Part shown: positions 1-14,409 of the stretch, piece after piece
How positions within the stretch are numbered: the first letter of the stretch is position 1
Layout of the letters: each line of letters opens with the position of its first letter
Source: Eledone cirrhosa
Lineage: Eukaryota
Assembly: GCA_964016885.1 (NCBI GenBank)
Contig: OZ024749.1
Location: 35,526,001 to 35,590,000, forward strand
Direction: 5' to 3'
DNA: 64,000 nucleotides
Notes under the pieces: generated by a model
Seen by the model: the letters and a program-made list of their open reading frames with translations, nothing else
The model's database searches: none
Told to the model about the DNA's origin: nothing
Made by a program: the position numbers and the translations under genes

Positions 1-1483
1 TAACATAGGATTCACAGGGAAAATGTTGTGTGTAGCTTTATATGTATAGCTGTGTGTATCCAATTTACACTCCATCCTTGCATGTCATAAGAGGCATATA
101 AAAGGATTAGCACCAAGAATGACATTTAGCTGTAAAACATTGCCTCTAAAAGAGCCATATGGTGAGTATGATATCTTTCACGAGTTCCACAAGGCTAACC
201 CCTATTTTAGCAGTGGGAAAACGACCTTAAAATGCTTTGTGTTGTATTAATAAATTGAATTAATAGAAATAAAAACAGTTGAAATTGAATTCAAAACATT
301 ATTATAACTGTCACATGATTTATACTTTTCAAAATTTATTTAACTTCGTCGTTTGGTTTTCACAATGGAATCAAACACCAAACTTTAAACTATTTTATGG
401 GATACAAAACGAACAGAGAGAGAATAATTTGATAGTAAATTTAATTTTCCATCAATGTACATATTCTTTATGTAATTTTACAGTATATTTTCAAATAATT
501 ATATATTTTAGGTGGAGTAATTGGTTGGTTGGTTGGGTGATGAAAATGGTGTGTAGTGAAGGGGATGCTGGTTGTGCTGCTGGAGGGGATGGTTGATATG
601 TGATGATGGGGATACTGGTGCTGCTGGTGGTGGGTATGGTTGATATGTGGTGATGGGGTTACTGGTAGTGCTGGTGGTGGGGATGGTTGATATGTGATGA
701 TGGGGGATACTGGTGGTGCTGGTGATGGTTGATATGTGGTGATGGGGATGGTGACAATGGTGTAATGCTGATGGTGTGTAGCACAGGTAGGGATGCTGGT
801 GGTGGTGGTGGTGGTGGTGGTGGGGATGTTGATATGTGGTTATGGGGATGGTGACATGTGATGGTAGTGCGATGGTGTGTAGTGAAAGTGGTGGTAGTGA
901 TGGTGGTGGTAGTGTGATGGTGTGTAGTGAAAGTGGTGGTGGTGGTGGCATGATGGTATATAGTGAAGGTGGTGATTGTGTTGGTGTTATGTTGATGGTG
1001 TGTGGTGATAGTGATGTGATAGAGGTGGTGGTGGTATTGATGGTGGTGAAATGCTGGAGATTCAACTTGTGACCTGCCCTCGTCTCCTTTGCTAAAACAA
1101 TTTCAACTGAGAAGTATATTCCTTAATAACTCCTCAGTTGTAGAATAACATTGATTGATAGTGTCATTAAGGGAAAGAAAGAGTTACAATTATTAGTTCA
1201 ATTTCAGCCCCCACTGTCCCTGTCTATTGTATTATCCCCTTTTTGTTGGCCCTTGTGGCAAATAAAAAAAAATTATTATTATTATCCCTTTAGCATCCCT
1301 TTACGTTCTGAGTTCAAATCCCGCTGAGGTTAGCCTTGCCTTTCACTCTTATGGGATCGATAAAATAAAGTACCGGTAATGCCCTGGGGTCGATTTAATC
1401 GACTTTCTCCTCTCCCCCCAAATTGCTGGCCTTGTGCCTAAATAAGAAACCATTATTATTATCTTATTATTATCAAGGCAGGG

Positions 1484-1662
1484 AATTGGCAGTATCAGTA
1501 GAGGGTTGGACGCCATGCTTTCTAGCATAGTTACGTCCCTTTACAGTCTGAGTTCAAATCCCGCCGAAGTTAACTTTGCCTTTCATCCCTACGGGGGTCG
1601 ATAAAATAAAGTACCCGTAATGTACTGGGTAATTGCTGGCCTTGTGCCTAAAGTAGAAACAA
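1484..1662 (+). mobile_element. tRNA-derived Meta-type SINE (further copies at about 1294-1452 and 2095-2260)
   Basis: attggcagtatc.gtagagg...gagttcaaatcccgccga.gttaactttgcctttcatcc...gtcgataaaataaagtacc...ggccttgtgcc, followed by an (ATT)n tail. Confidence 0.8.
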
Positions 1663-4600
1663 TTATTATTATCTTATTATCCTTAATAATGTTATTTATA
1701 TCGCATGTTGTAACTGCATTATTGAGCACAGCTCTGTGTTGTTTTTGGTCTTGTTTATTTTATTGTATTGAAACATCGTCATTTATGTCGAGTTACTGCT
1801 TTTTAATTTCTATATTTCCACATTGATGCACGCATAGGTTTTCGTATTTCTTTTGCCTTAAATTCAAAATTTTTACTCATTTTCTGCAGAATTATACGGT
1901 GTTTATTTATCTCGTTTTTATTGTTTTCTGTGTTCATTGGTGAGTGCTTCGACCCGTTATCCACCTTTATTTTAGGCACATGTTTTCTTATCATAAACGC
2001 TAATAATATATCAACAAACAATGAATTTTTAAATTTTATAAGTGTAACTTACATGCTTCGGTTTTTGTTTTCTTTTCAATTTATTTTGATGTTTGGATTG
2101 GCAGTATCGGTAGAGGGTCGGACACCATGCTTTGCAGCATAGAGTTACGTACGCCCCTTTACGGTCTTAGTTCAAATCCTGCTGAGGTTAACTTTGCCTT
2201 TCGTCCTCACGATAAAATAAAGTACCAGTAATGCACTGAGATAATTGCTGGCCTTGTGCCACGTGTTACCAACGTCACCAAAGGAATCTCTATATATAAT
2301 GAAATTATTGCTTACAGTGCTCAAGTGGAGACAAGCCTCACATAAAATTTAATTTTACTTGGGTTCACTTTGTTCTTGGCTAACATATTCCTTTTCCTTC
2401 TGGACAAGTTTCACTTTTATTTCGACGATGTTAATGGATTACTTCACATCTTGCAAGAAGCCTTGGTATAGGCATTCATGATGTTAATCAGCTAGGGACC
2501 GTTATTATTTCCCTTTCCTTTCATGTCTATTACCATTTCCCAAGATTCTTCAACTCTCCTCACAAAACCTGTAAGTTTGGAGTTTCTCACAAACATAATA
2601 TCGATTTATTTTCTCTACAACAACATCTATAACAATAATAACAACACAACAATAAGAACACCATCAACAACATTAACAGTAACACCAACAATGGAACCAC
2701 CACAAACAACAACAACAACAACACCAACAGCAACCATAACAATAAGAACACCATCAACAACATTAACAGTAACACCAACAGCACCAACACCAGCAATAGA
2801 GCCACTACAAACAACAACAACAATAATACCAACAGCAGCAACTACAATAAGAACATCATTAACAACATTAACAGTAACAGCAACAACAACAGCACCAATA
2901 ATAAAACCACCACAAACAACAACAACAACCACAATAATATCTGAAAAGACAGAAAAACAATATATGTAGTGTGAAAATCACCATAAAATGAATTATGAAT
3001 ATAATTAATAAAACCCTTCACATTCCTATGTCAAAAATATTTAAAACAAACATAAACAACTCTTCAAAAGTTTCCCTACTCTTTACAATACATTAAACAA
3101 TTATTTTCTTCTATTTTTCTTGTTCAGATTTTACTAAAAAAACAACAAACTAAAGGATTTTTCTAAAACCCTTTTGATACCAAACCAACTGAATCTGCTC
3201 TTGGTTCTATCATATAAAACTGCTTATTTTAAACTGTTTATTGTTATCTAAGAACCTTCCATCATCATAATTTAATGTAAGGATCTTTGATAGGTTATGC
3301 TCCAATCACCAACTTAATAATGGTTTCTAGTTCAGGCACAAGGCCAACAATTTTGAGAGGAGGGGGAAGTCAATTATTTTGACTCCAGAACTGGAACATC
3401 ACTTTATTTTATTGACCCTGGAAAGATGAAAGTCACAACTGACCTTGATGGGATTTGAACTCAGAGTGCAGAGTACTGGAATTCCAACTTAATAATGAGA
3501 AAGTTAGTTACATTACTAAATCCTTCCATGTTCTTGATTGTTTTTCAACAGAAATGTGGTGACAAAAAAGGGTTAAGAAGGGTTTAAAGCAAAAAAGAAA
3601 GACTCAAAGACAGGATATTTTCTGAACCAACTTGTTTTATTCAATTGTGGAAGCATACAAAGCAAATATATGAGGGGGGAGATCTACAAATATAGCCACT
3701 CCATATAATTTCTGCTAATGGAGGGCAACTAAAACAAATAAATGCAACTACTTTTCACAACTATATTCATTGCCATCACCAAATATTTTGAAGCTCATCG
3801 TTCATGTTTAATGATTCTCAGCCACAACCAAAATGGCTTTGGAAAAGAAGGTAGTTTTCATATTTTTTCTTTAAACTTTAATAATTCATGTTTTAAATGA
3901 TTTTTCTTTAAACTTTAATAATTCATATTTTAAATCATTTTTCTTTAAACCTTATTAATTCATATTTTAAACCATTTTTCTTTAAACTTTAATAATTCAT
4001 TTTTAAAAATTATTTTTGTCTTTCATTTTTTTCCTTTCTTTCTTGTAAATCTAAAAGGTATTTTAATTGCTTTGTAATGGAAAGATAAACGTTTGTAGAA
4101 GAAGATTAAAAAATAAATGAAATGAGGAGTCAGAGTGAGAGAAATTGTAAATGAAACAGGTGTGGAATAGTAGTTTGGAGTCGTCGATAAGGTTAAAAAG
4201 GTAATTTGTAACAGGTGTGGAGTAGTTTGGAGTTTATAAGGTTAAAAAGATAAATTGTATACATGTTTGTATATTTAAGGCAGCTCCGAATATGGAGAAA
4301 GAGATTGTCAGAAGAATTAATAAAAGAATTATTCCACACAGAACAACAGCTGCATTAGTTGCTTCTCTGGATTATGGCTATAGAAAATGATGTGGGTCGG
4401 AAAGGTTTAGAATAGATTCTGTGAGTGAGTGAATGTTGTAAAACTTAATAAACCCATACTTTTTTGGTAGTTATTTGATAATTTTTATTTTTTGAAGAAA
4501 TATAGTTTTAAAATATTTCCTTAATTTTTTAAAATTTTATTTTTTATCTCTTTTTTTTTGGTTATTGTTATTTTTTTTTTAAATTTAAATTTAGATATTT

Positions 4601-4829
4601 GAATATTTTCAAAGCTACAAGATAAAAATATTCCAAGATTGGATACATAATTCAGAAAAAAATACAACAAAAAAAGAATTTTTAATAAGAAAAGTATGTT
4701 TTCTTTTGTAGAGATATTGTTTTATATATATAAGCAAAGAATAAAATTATTTGACATGAATAAATGGTTATGATGGAATAAAGACCATTTTTTTTTAGAG
4801 GCATCGATATGAAAATTAGGAATGTTACA

Positions 4830-5102
4830 CCTGTGGCATCTGGTAAAAGTAAAGGTAGTATCAAACCACTTACCTATAGCAAGGATAGAATTTAACCATT
4901 CACCTGTAGCAAGGGTGGTATTAAACTCCTCACCTGCAGTAAAGGGGGAATTTAAACCACTCATCCATAGCAAGGGTGGTATTAAACCACTCACCTGTAG
5001 CAAGGGTGGTATTAAACCCCTCACCTATAGCAAGGATAGTATTAAACCACTCGCCTGTAGCAAGGGTGGTATTAAACCCCTCACCTGTAGCAAGGATAGT
5101 AT
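4830..5102. repeat. 30-bp tandem repeat
   Basis: attaaaccactcacctgtagcaagggtggt, about 9 copies. Confidence 0.9.
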
Positions 5103-6312
5103 TGTTCTGATAAAGTTTGGCCCAAAATAAAATAAGAATAAAATCACAACTGACAATAACAATGACAATAGCAACAACAACAATATCAATGACAACAGCA
5201 ACAACCACGACAATAGCAATGACAACAATTTGTTGTTGTTGGACCTCAATGACAAGTATTCCAGTGAAACAGCCTGTAATTGGCTGAGCATTTCATAGAC
5301 ACATGTACTCCTACTGTAGTTCTCAGAGAGATCCAGCATAGCACAGTGTGTGAAATTGAATTACAGACATAACTCATATTTGCCAGCTGACTAGACTAGA
5401 GCAACATAAAATAAAGCATCTCGCTGAAAGACATAAAATGCCACCTGGAATCAAATTCATGACCTTACATTTGGGAGCTGAAAAACCCTAACCATTAAGC
5501 CACATGCCTTCAAACAACAACAGCAAAGCTACACATTCTTCACATACAAAACCATAGCAAGCTACTACATTAAGGGTTGCCTATATGTAACTTATAGTAG
5601 GGTGCATATTCACACTTCACCTTTAAATGTGGTTTATATACAATAAGAAACCATAGTAAACAACTATAAAGGTGTCCTTTTGGTAACTTATATAGGCTAT
5701 AAACCCATATTTATCCTTTACAATAGGGGTAACACAAAATGGCCCTTCCTTTGTACACAACTTTGTACATAACAGAAAACATGGAATAAACCACAATCAT
5801 AAACCCTTAAACATTGTAACAGATACAGGAAGAGATTTTGTGATAAAATATTCTGGATTCTTATAAGAATAAAGACTGCTAGATGTGTCCAGTTTACAAT
5901 AGGGACACTGTATCCTTGTATGTTGTAAGAGGGCCATAAAACATTGCTTCATAAATGACCCCGTGATCAGCATGGGTCCTGCAAGGTTAACCCCTGTTTT
6001 AGCAGGAAAAATGGCTTTGAAATACTTGCTTCTTAATAAAGATACCAGCATTGATTGTTTTAACTCTGTTGTTGTTTATATGGTTTGATGTTCCTTAATG
6101 ACTTTCTATTATCAACTTAGCTCTGTTGCTCTATCTTCCTATTGCCCACATACAGAACAATCCCATACCTGTAAACTGACCACCTTTCTATCATAACTCA
6201 GTTGTGTTGTGAATCACACAACTTTGATGACTACACAACACACAGAGCACAACCCCATAGCTATGTTCTGAGCTTCTTCCAGACTAAACCAATAAAAATA
6301 TAAATAAAGACC

Positions 6313-6693
6313 TACTCTCGGGTCCTAAATAATAGGGTGGGGTTGGAATAAGCGAGGGGTGGAATAAGTGAGGGGTGGAATAAGTGGGCAGGTTGGAAAA
6401 TTGGTAATTTTTCTAGGCTGTCTTCGTTGAGTATTTTTTTAAAACCAGAATTTACATATTGAGACGCAAACTCATCTTATTTATTTTAAAATGTATGAAA
6501 TTTCTTGTAATATAATTTTTTTTTTTGTCATGTATAATGTTTTTTAATGTATAAAGAAAATTAATTTCTGAGGAAATGCTACCACTTATAATAAAATTTC
6601 GTCAGAGATAGATTAGTAGAATTTAATAAGCACAGGGAGGGGGAGGGATCTGAAAAATTAATAAGAAGAGGGGGTATTCAAGACCTGAGAGTA
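6313..6693. mobile_element. Non-autonomous DNA transposon (Tc1/mariner-pogo type MITE)
   Basis: Ends TACTCTCGGGTCCTAAATA and TATTCAAGACCTGAGAGTA match 16/19 as inverted repeats, with TA at both ends. Confidence 0.7.
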
Positions 6694-6859
6694 GGTGAAA
6701 TATGGTAAAATGTCAGCATTTATATATGTAAGTCAGAGAAAAAGACATTTTATGAAAGAAATATGCCAATTTATTTGAGATAAATTAATAATTCATAAAA
6801 CATTTTAAAAATCTTGCTTTGCTACTTTGTTTGTTGTAAAACTGTAAGCAGAATCAGTA

Positions 6860-7110
6860 TGGAAGAGAGACGACTGTGCTAGTATGGACATGTGATGTGT
6901 ATAGATGTTGAGTGTTGGGTGAAGAAGTGCCAAGTGATCCTAGTCGAAGGAAGCTGCAGTAGAGGAAGATCTGGCTAGAAAGGGTGAGAGCTGATCTAAA
7001 AAAGAAATGCTGAACCTCCCAGGGAAGTATATCAAGGAATGCTGTACTGAAGAAGACCCATACAACTCATGTAAGCATGGTAAAATGAACATAAAATGAT
7101 GACCATGATG
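6860..7110 (+). mobile_element. Degenerate RTE LINE 3' end (similar fragment at about 44480-44660)
   Basis: RRLC*YGHVMC...CWVKKCQ...EGSCSRGR, followed by a (TGA)n tail. Confidence 0.65.
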
Positions 7111-7639
7111 ATTTACAGTAAAGCTAGTTACAATATGGGTGACATGTAGTAAAAGTATAACTGTACATATTTCGAACAGAACTAGGTAGGTTAGAATTAA
7201 ATATAAAGGTTGACTTGTAAATTAATAATTAAACAATGACAGAAGATAGAAAGTACAAAGTTGGTGGTGGTAGTGGTGGCGGGTTAAATAAATCCATATT
7301 TAGCATATGTCACCTGATAAACAAATAACCATAGCAACTAGAGAACAAGCAATCGCAACAGCAGCAGCAACTAATATTATCATAGAAGAAGTGGGAGAAG
7401 ACTTAACAATATCTGTAAGTTCTCATGTCTAGAATCATATGGAACTTACATTTGGTTTCTAACTAAATTATTGGTTTCTTTGAAGTAGAAGAATATTGAA
7501 ATAAAACTTGAAGAAATGAAATAATTATACCAATTCTATGTAGACTGTAAACATAGCAGAAATATTGAAGATTAACAAAGTGAGATAATGGAATTATAAC
7601 CTATCAATAGAACAGAACAAAATAAATATAAGTGATGTT

Positions 7640-7738
<99 letters not shown>

Positions 7739-7854
7739 GTATATGTGTATATATGTGTGTGTGTGTGTGTGTATATACATATAAAATGATGATGATATAT
7801 GTGTGTGTATATATATATATATATGTATTTATATGTGTATATGTATATATTATG

Positions 7855-8462
7855 TCAGGTCACCAGTTGGTGCTACTGGTAACATGTATCCCAGTACAAC
7901 CTGTCTCATGGTCGGGTCGTTGGCGACTAAACTGGCAACCCCACCAAGGTTTCTTGGTGAGGAGGGTGACTTTGGACATCCTGCAGGACTAAAAACAAAA
8001 CCTGTCAAAGGGCAAAGGAGCTCTTAAGAGTCAATGGCCATCCAAAATCACCGGGAGAGATGACCCCTTAGCCTTTGTCAAGGCAGAATTCTAGGAGAAG
8101 GAAAACTCTGATATAACACCTGCAACCCTGATGGTATCCAATGATGTTGACTTGTTCTTCTTTTTGGTAAATATCATCTTGGTTAAGAGAGTGGGACTGG
8201 CTTTGTGCAGTGCCTTTGCTCACTATAAAAGCTTCACGGCACAGGCATTGCTTTATATCTGGAGATCTCTCTGCACTTGTCGTCACATGGTACCATGGGC
8301 CCAGCACTATGTGTCAATAATTGTCACAAGTGTAGTGTTTGTACCAGAGTTTTCAAGTCGCTGGCTGGAATAAAAAGTCACATTCGTTCAGCGCATCGGT
8401 AGGGGTTCTCCTACATGTATATAAAGTAGTGGCCGTACTCGAAAACGAGTTGGCAGCCACCA
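7855..8462 (+). mobile_element. Probable non-autonomous RTE-derived element (5' UTR-like part joined to 3' end)
   Basis: CTAGGAGAAGGAAAACTCTG resembles an RTE 5' UTR motif. 8322-8402 encodes [26 protein letters not shown] (C2H2-type finger). Flanked by (TA)-rich tracts. Confidence 0.6.
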
Positions 8463-8624
8463 TATGTATATATATGTGTATATATATATTTATATGTATA
8501 TATATGTGTATATATATTTATGTGTATATATATTTATGTGTATACGTATATATATATGTGTATACGTATATATATATGTGTATATATATTTATGTGTATA
8601 CATATATATATGTGCATATATTTT

Positions 8625-8671
<47 letters not shown>

Positions 8672-8953
8672 ATATGGGGTGGGGGCATGAATGTATATAT
8701 GTGTGTGTGTGTGTGTAAACCACAATTTACTTAAAGAATTGTATAGAGAGATGATAGTGGAATTAAGGTGAATAAAACAAGTAAAAAGTTCTCTGTGAAG
8801 GAAAATATTAAAAGACATTCATCAAAGAACAAATGGTGTAAGCTAGAATATACTACATGAAATTAAAATGGAATGAGAGAAAGATCAGCCAGGATATAAT
8901 CAACTATATAAGTAGAATAAAACAACAAAATTACTGCAACATATATACTGTGA

Positions 8954-9403
8954 TCATCATCATCATCATCATCATCAACGTTTAACGTCCGTGTTCCACG
9001 CTTGCATGGGTTTGGACGGGGGTAGTCCCACTTGAGGCAAGAGTGATTGTCTTGCTCGCATAGGACTGTCTGGCAGGTTTTCTACAGTTGGATGCCCTTC
9101 CTAACACCAACCACATTTACAGTGTGGGGCTGGGAGGTTTTTACCGTGTTGCCTACACGACCACATTACAGCGTGGACTGTCTGGCGGGTTTTCTACAGT
9201 TGGATGCCCTTCCTAACACCAACCACATTTACAGTGTGGGTCTGGGAGGTTTTTACCGTGTTGCCTACACGGCCACATTACAGCGTGGACTGTCTGGCAG
9301 GTTCTCTACAGTTGGATGCCCTTCCTAACACCAACCACATTTACAGTGTGGGTCTGGGAGGTTTTTACCGTGTTGCCTACACGGCCACATTACAGCGTGG
9401 ACT
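8954..9403 (-). mobile_element. SINE/RTE-tail element with an internal 112-bp segment triplicated (single-unit copy at 25619-25839, +)
   Basis: ggactgtctggc...cagcgt recurs at 9063, 9175 and 9287. (CAT)n tail at 8954. Confidence 0.8.
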
Positions 9404-9680
9404 GTGTGTTTTTTTGTCGTGACACCTACACGATCTCATTTGTTTCGGCCTGGATGGCGCGGCACCAACATAACTTTACATAGAACGGGGTGGTGTGGAT
9501 GGGGTGGGGGTGGTGGTGGTGGGACGGGGTGTATTTTGTTAGAGATGCCTACTGGTTGGAGTAGGTTTTACTATATATTTAGGTAATATATATACTGTGA
9601 TATGTATATATATATATAATTAGAACACTGGTGGGTTATATCCATAGTAGTAGCGCACTCAGTCCATGGTACGAGTTTAA

Positions 9681-9816
9681 TATAAGTAGTTCCACAACAG
9701 TTAATTTGCCATTTCTGAGAGCAATTGTTTCACCACTTAAACCGAACAGATGATCTGAATAAGGTGAAAGAATTGTTCTCTGAAATGGTGAATTAACTGT
9801 TGTGGAACTACTTATA
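9681..9816. repeat. Imperfect inverted repeat (54-bp arms) with HHR remnants
   Basis: tataagtagttccacaacagttaatt... versus ...aattaactgttgtggaactacttata. GAAACAATTG on the minus arm. Confidence 0.85.
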
Positions 9817-9979
9817 ACACTGTTATATATGTATACAGAAAATATATATATATATATTTCGTTTCTGAATTTGTTTAGCAAGATTCTTTATCTGAACATT
9901 TTTTTAAATTTATAATAAATTGGAGTGAAAGCAACTGGTGTGTGTGTTTCTTATTAGCAACATGACCCTCCCAAAGTAT

Positions 9980-10032
<53 letters not shown>

Positions 10033-10057
10033 TGTTATATATATATATATGTATATA

Positions 10058-10090
<33 letters not shown>

Positions 10091-11694
10091 CACTGTTATA
10101 TATATATATATATATATATATATCACTATTATATATAGAGGGAGAGGGAGAGAGAATCACCATTATCATCATTTAATGTTTACTTTCCCTGCTAGCAAGG
10201 GCTGAATGGATCATTATAGGCAGTACTTAATCAGAGCTACTGATCTCAGAGTGCTGTTGGTGTATTTTATCATGTAGCACTAAGTGAGGACTGGAGCATA
10301 CCATGGAGTGAGAATTGAAGCATAGCTTAGAGTGAGGACAAGAGCATAGCTAGGGGTTATAGCTAGGGGTGAAGCTTCTTACTATCTGTCTCCTCTTTAC
10401 AGTTACTTTCAAAGAAATCCTATCCCCATCATCCACCACAACATTTTTCTTCCGCGGTAACTCTCATTCAGTGTTATTCCATATTTAAGACCAAATGACA
10501 ACTAGAGGAGCAATAACACCATCATCAACAACAACGACAACAACAACAACAGCACAAATAAACCAAAAAAAAAATCGCAGTACCAAAAATAATTAAAAAA
10601 AAGAACATTTTTCTCAACAAATAATAAAAACATTGAATATCTTTTGATTTCCAGGAATGAAAGGTTAATGACCATAAATTGGAAGGGTGAACCATTTTGA
10701 AAGCAAAATTCAACCTTGTTTTGGAGTGTATTAGTCCATGTCTAGGCCCCCATGCCTTTATCTTGTATCTCTGATTTAGAATAGGTGCACCATATCCTTG
10801 TTAGAGGTGTCTAAAAAGGTTGGTACAAATGCTTTGTGTATCCAGTTTAGAATAGGTACACCATACCCCCTATGTCATAAGAGGGATTAAATGGATTGAC
10901 ACCAGGAAGGGAATCCGATAGTAAAACAGTGCCTTAAAAAGTATCTCATGAGGAATATGAAGCTTTTTATGGGACCTTCATGTTTTAGAAGGAAAAATAG
11001 CCTTAAAACACTTTTTATGGGACCTTCATGTTTTAGAAGGAAAAATAGCCTTAAAACACTTGTTTTATGTATATACATGCATACTTATATACTGTGTGTA
11101 ACCAATTTCAATTAGGTACACCATATCCCTGTGTTGTAAGAGACAACTTAAAGGGTTGATGTCAGGAAGGGCATCTGACTGAAAAACCCTTCCCTCAGAA
11201 AGTATGTCACGATATGAAGCTCACAATGCTAACTCCTGTTTTAATGGGGTCAAGGTAGCCTTAAAATATTTGTTGTTATTTGTTTTAGTGTTCATCCGAT
11301 TCCAGTTTAATCCATCTCTTGTCAGACCTGGGAGTAAATTACAATTAATTTCTAATGGGTTTAAAACAGGGATTTCTGAAAATTTAAAATTATTATTTTT
11401 TTTCTTGAAATTTTAACAAAATCTTGCAGAAGAGAAAAATGAAATATGGATTTTTTTCAATTCTTTTAAGATGTCAAATGCTTTCTCTTCAAAGATGTCC
11501 TTATTTAGCAATAAAACTTTAATATTTTCGCATAATTTTTCAAGATGAGGAAACAGGAATATATTTTGATTTATGTATTTTTTCCGAATCCCCTATTTTT
11601 AAAAATTATTTTTTTTGTCTTTTTTTTAAATATTATAATTATTTGAAGTTTATCATCCATTTTATACAACCCCTTTAAACATTATCATCTCTCT

Positions 11695-11757
<63 letters not shown>

Positions 11758-11763
<6 letters not shown>

Positions 11764-11895
11764 TGTAATAAACAACATAAGATAATTATTTCATTTACCA
11801 GTGGTTTCTTGAAGACAGATGTTGTAGACAACATCTGTCTTCAAGAAACAACTGGTAAATGAAATAATTATCTTATGTTGTTTATTACATAACTA
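11758..11895. repeat. Hairpin, 68-bp arms, 1 mismatch, adjacent to (TA)n
   Basis: Centre gatgttgt-ag-acaacatc. Arms carry GAAAC(C/A)ACTGGTA. Confidence 0.92.
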
Positions 11896-11957
11896 ATAAG
11901 CTCTGTAGCCTACATAGAGCACTCTCTTTTCCTGTACCTTTCTGATGGAAATACTTC

Positions 11958-11997
<40 letters not shown>

Positions 11998-12019
11998 ACA
12001 CACACACACACACACACAC

Positions 12020-12073
<54 letters not shown>

Positions 12074-12219
12074 TCAACATGTTGATCATGGCACTGTAAT
12101 ATTTCACTATAGTGTATCATAAAAATTATTGCCTCTCTATATTTCTCTGTTGGATATTATTGTCAAGAATGTTCTCTGGTATTCCAGTATTAAGTAGCAT
12201 GATCTATCAATTTTTCAGG

Positions 12220-13720
12220 TATTTCACTTTTAAACATTATCGTCATGTGATAATTATTTTTTAAACATTATCACTATAGTATTTCATTTTTAAACATTAT
12301 CATATTGTGATACTGTATTATTAAATCTTATCATCGCATCATGTATCATTATTAAATGTTATCACTATGCGATATTTCATTTTTAAACATTATCACCACA
12401 ATAATAATCATTTCTTTTTAAGCATTATCATCACATGATATTTAATTATTAAACATTATCATCATATGATGTATAATTATTAAACATTATCATCATGTGA
12501 TGTATCGTTATTAAACATTATCATTATGTGATGTATCGTTATTAAACTTTGTCATTATGTGATGTATCATTATTAAACATTATCATTATGTGATGTATAA
12601 TCATTAAACATTATCATTCTGTTGATATTTCATCAAGAGATTATCACCTTTATACATGTTTCATTGCAAGACATTATAATCTCTTGATGAATTTTATCAA
12701 TGAACATTATCACCTTTCTACGTATGGCTACATTTCTTCCTTTTGAGACATCTCATCATCATCATATCATCATAAGTCAGTATCACTTTTCTATATATTT
12801 CATCATTAAACTGTGTATTTCATCTGTCTGTGTATTTAATATTCAAATATAATTAACTTAGATGATGATGATAATAATGATTATTTCAAACATTAAACAT
12901 TATCAACGTCATATTTCATGAACACACAATATCATCCTCTACATTTTAACAACATTATCATTCTCTACATTTCAACAAAAGTTATCATCTGTTACAATTC
13001 TTCAACAAACATTATCGTCCTCTATGTTTCAACAATCATTTCCTCCACAACATTTCTATATCAAACATTATCATACTCTACATTTCTATATCAAACATTA
13101 TCATACTCTACATTTCATTATCAAACATTATCATACTCTACATTATATCAACAAAATCATGCTCAACATTATGTTAAAGGATATCAACCTCAATATTAAA
13201 TCAACATACATTATCACACTATATACTACATTATAAAACAATATTATTTGCTACATTATATTAACAAACCATATCATACTCTACATTATATCAACAAAAT
13301 CATACTCAACATTATGTTAAAGAATATCATCCTCAACATTAAATCAACATACATTATCATACTTTACATTACATTATCAAACAATATTATTTGCTACACT
13401 ATATTAACAAACCATATCATACTCTACATTATATCAACAAAATTAATCATTATTAACATTTTATTAACAGATATCATTCTCTACATTTCATTACCAAACA
13501 TTATCAAACTTTACATTACATTACGAGACATTATCAAACTCTACATTATATTAACAAACATTGTCACACTTTACATTAAATTAACAGACATTGTCATACT
13601 CTACATTATATTTACAAACATTATCATTCTCTACATTACATAAAACAAACATTATTATTTTCTGTATTATATTAACAAACATTATCATTCTCTACATTTC
13701 ATAAAACAAACATTATTATC
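12220..13720. repeat. AT-rich ~30-bp degenerate tandem arrays
   Basis: Recurrent aaacattatcat... units. Confidence 0.8.
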
Positions 13721-14053
13721 CAGTGATCTATCACCTCAAAAATATCTACATACAAAACTCAGGGAGGGTGGGGCAGGTAGTAAGGTCCATATTGTAAATA
13801 TTATGTGATGTTTGTGTATGTGTGTGTGCTTCTATGAGTTTATGTAAATGTGTTACACCAATGTATGCTTTGAAGTATATGTAGATGTGTATCATGTGTG
13901 TGTGTGTGTATGTAAAGGGAGAGAGAGAGAGAAAAAGAAGCAAGGATGGAGATTGATAGGCAGATCATTAAATCAACATATAGACATTTGAACAAACATA
14001 CACACATGTATACATTCATATATACATACACACATGTACACATACATATATAC

Positions 14054-14118
<65 letters not shown>

Positions 14119-14275
14119 CACACATACATATTTACACACATACATACTTCCATACACACATACATACATCCATACTTAAACTCACAAATCAATCCATCCA
14201 TCCATTCCATCCATACACACCTATCCAGATACATACACACACATAGAGGTGTGTGTAAGTTCCATGAAAGTAACA

Positions 14276-14409
14276 TTACAAATCAAATCGTACATCAGTA
14301 GTTCTGGTTGATTTTAAGGAGCAATGTCCTGAGCTCAAGTTCTTGGCCCGGCAGTGGTTCACATGGCCGTTTAGCAGCTCCACCTTTTCACCGTTTTCTT
14401 GGAACACGT
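14276..14409 (-). CDS. bves: BVES/POPDC-like probable last coding exon
   Basis: Strong acceptor ttcttctgtcttgtgttttag|AC, phase-compatible with exon 6: (D)VFQENGEKVELLNGHVNHCRAKNLSSGHCSLKSTRTTDVRFDL*. A GC-richer island in AT-rich DNA. The tail is not a conserved domain, so certainty is lower. Confidence 0.72.

Noticed and set aside
2523-2969. Mucin-like Thr-rich ORF and the adjacent unique-looking segment 2318-2568 with splice-like ends
   Set aside because: The ORF is an (ACA)n-derived repeat. The adjacent segment had stops in the frames I checked, so it is at most a non-coding exon.
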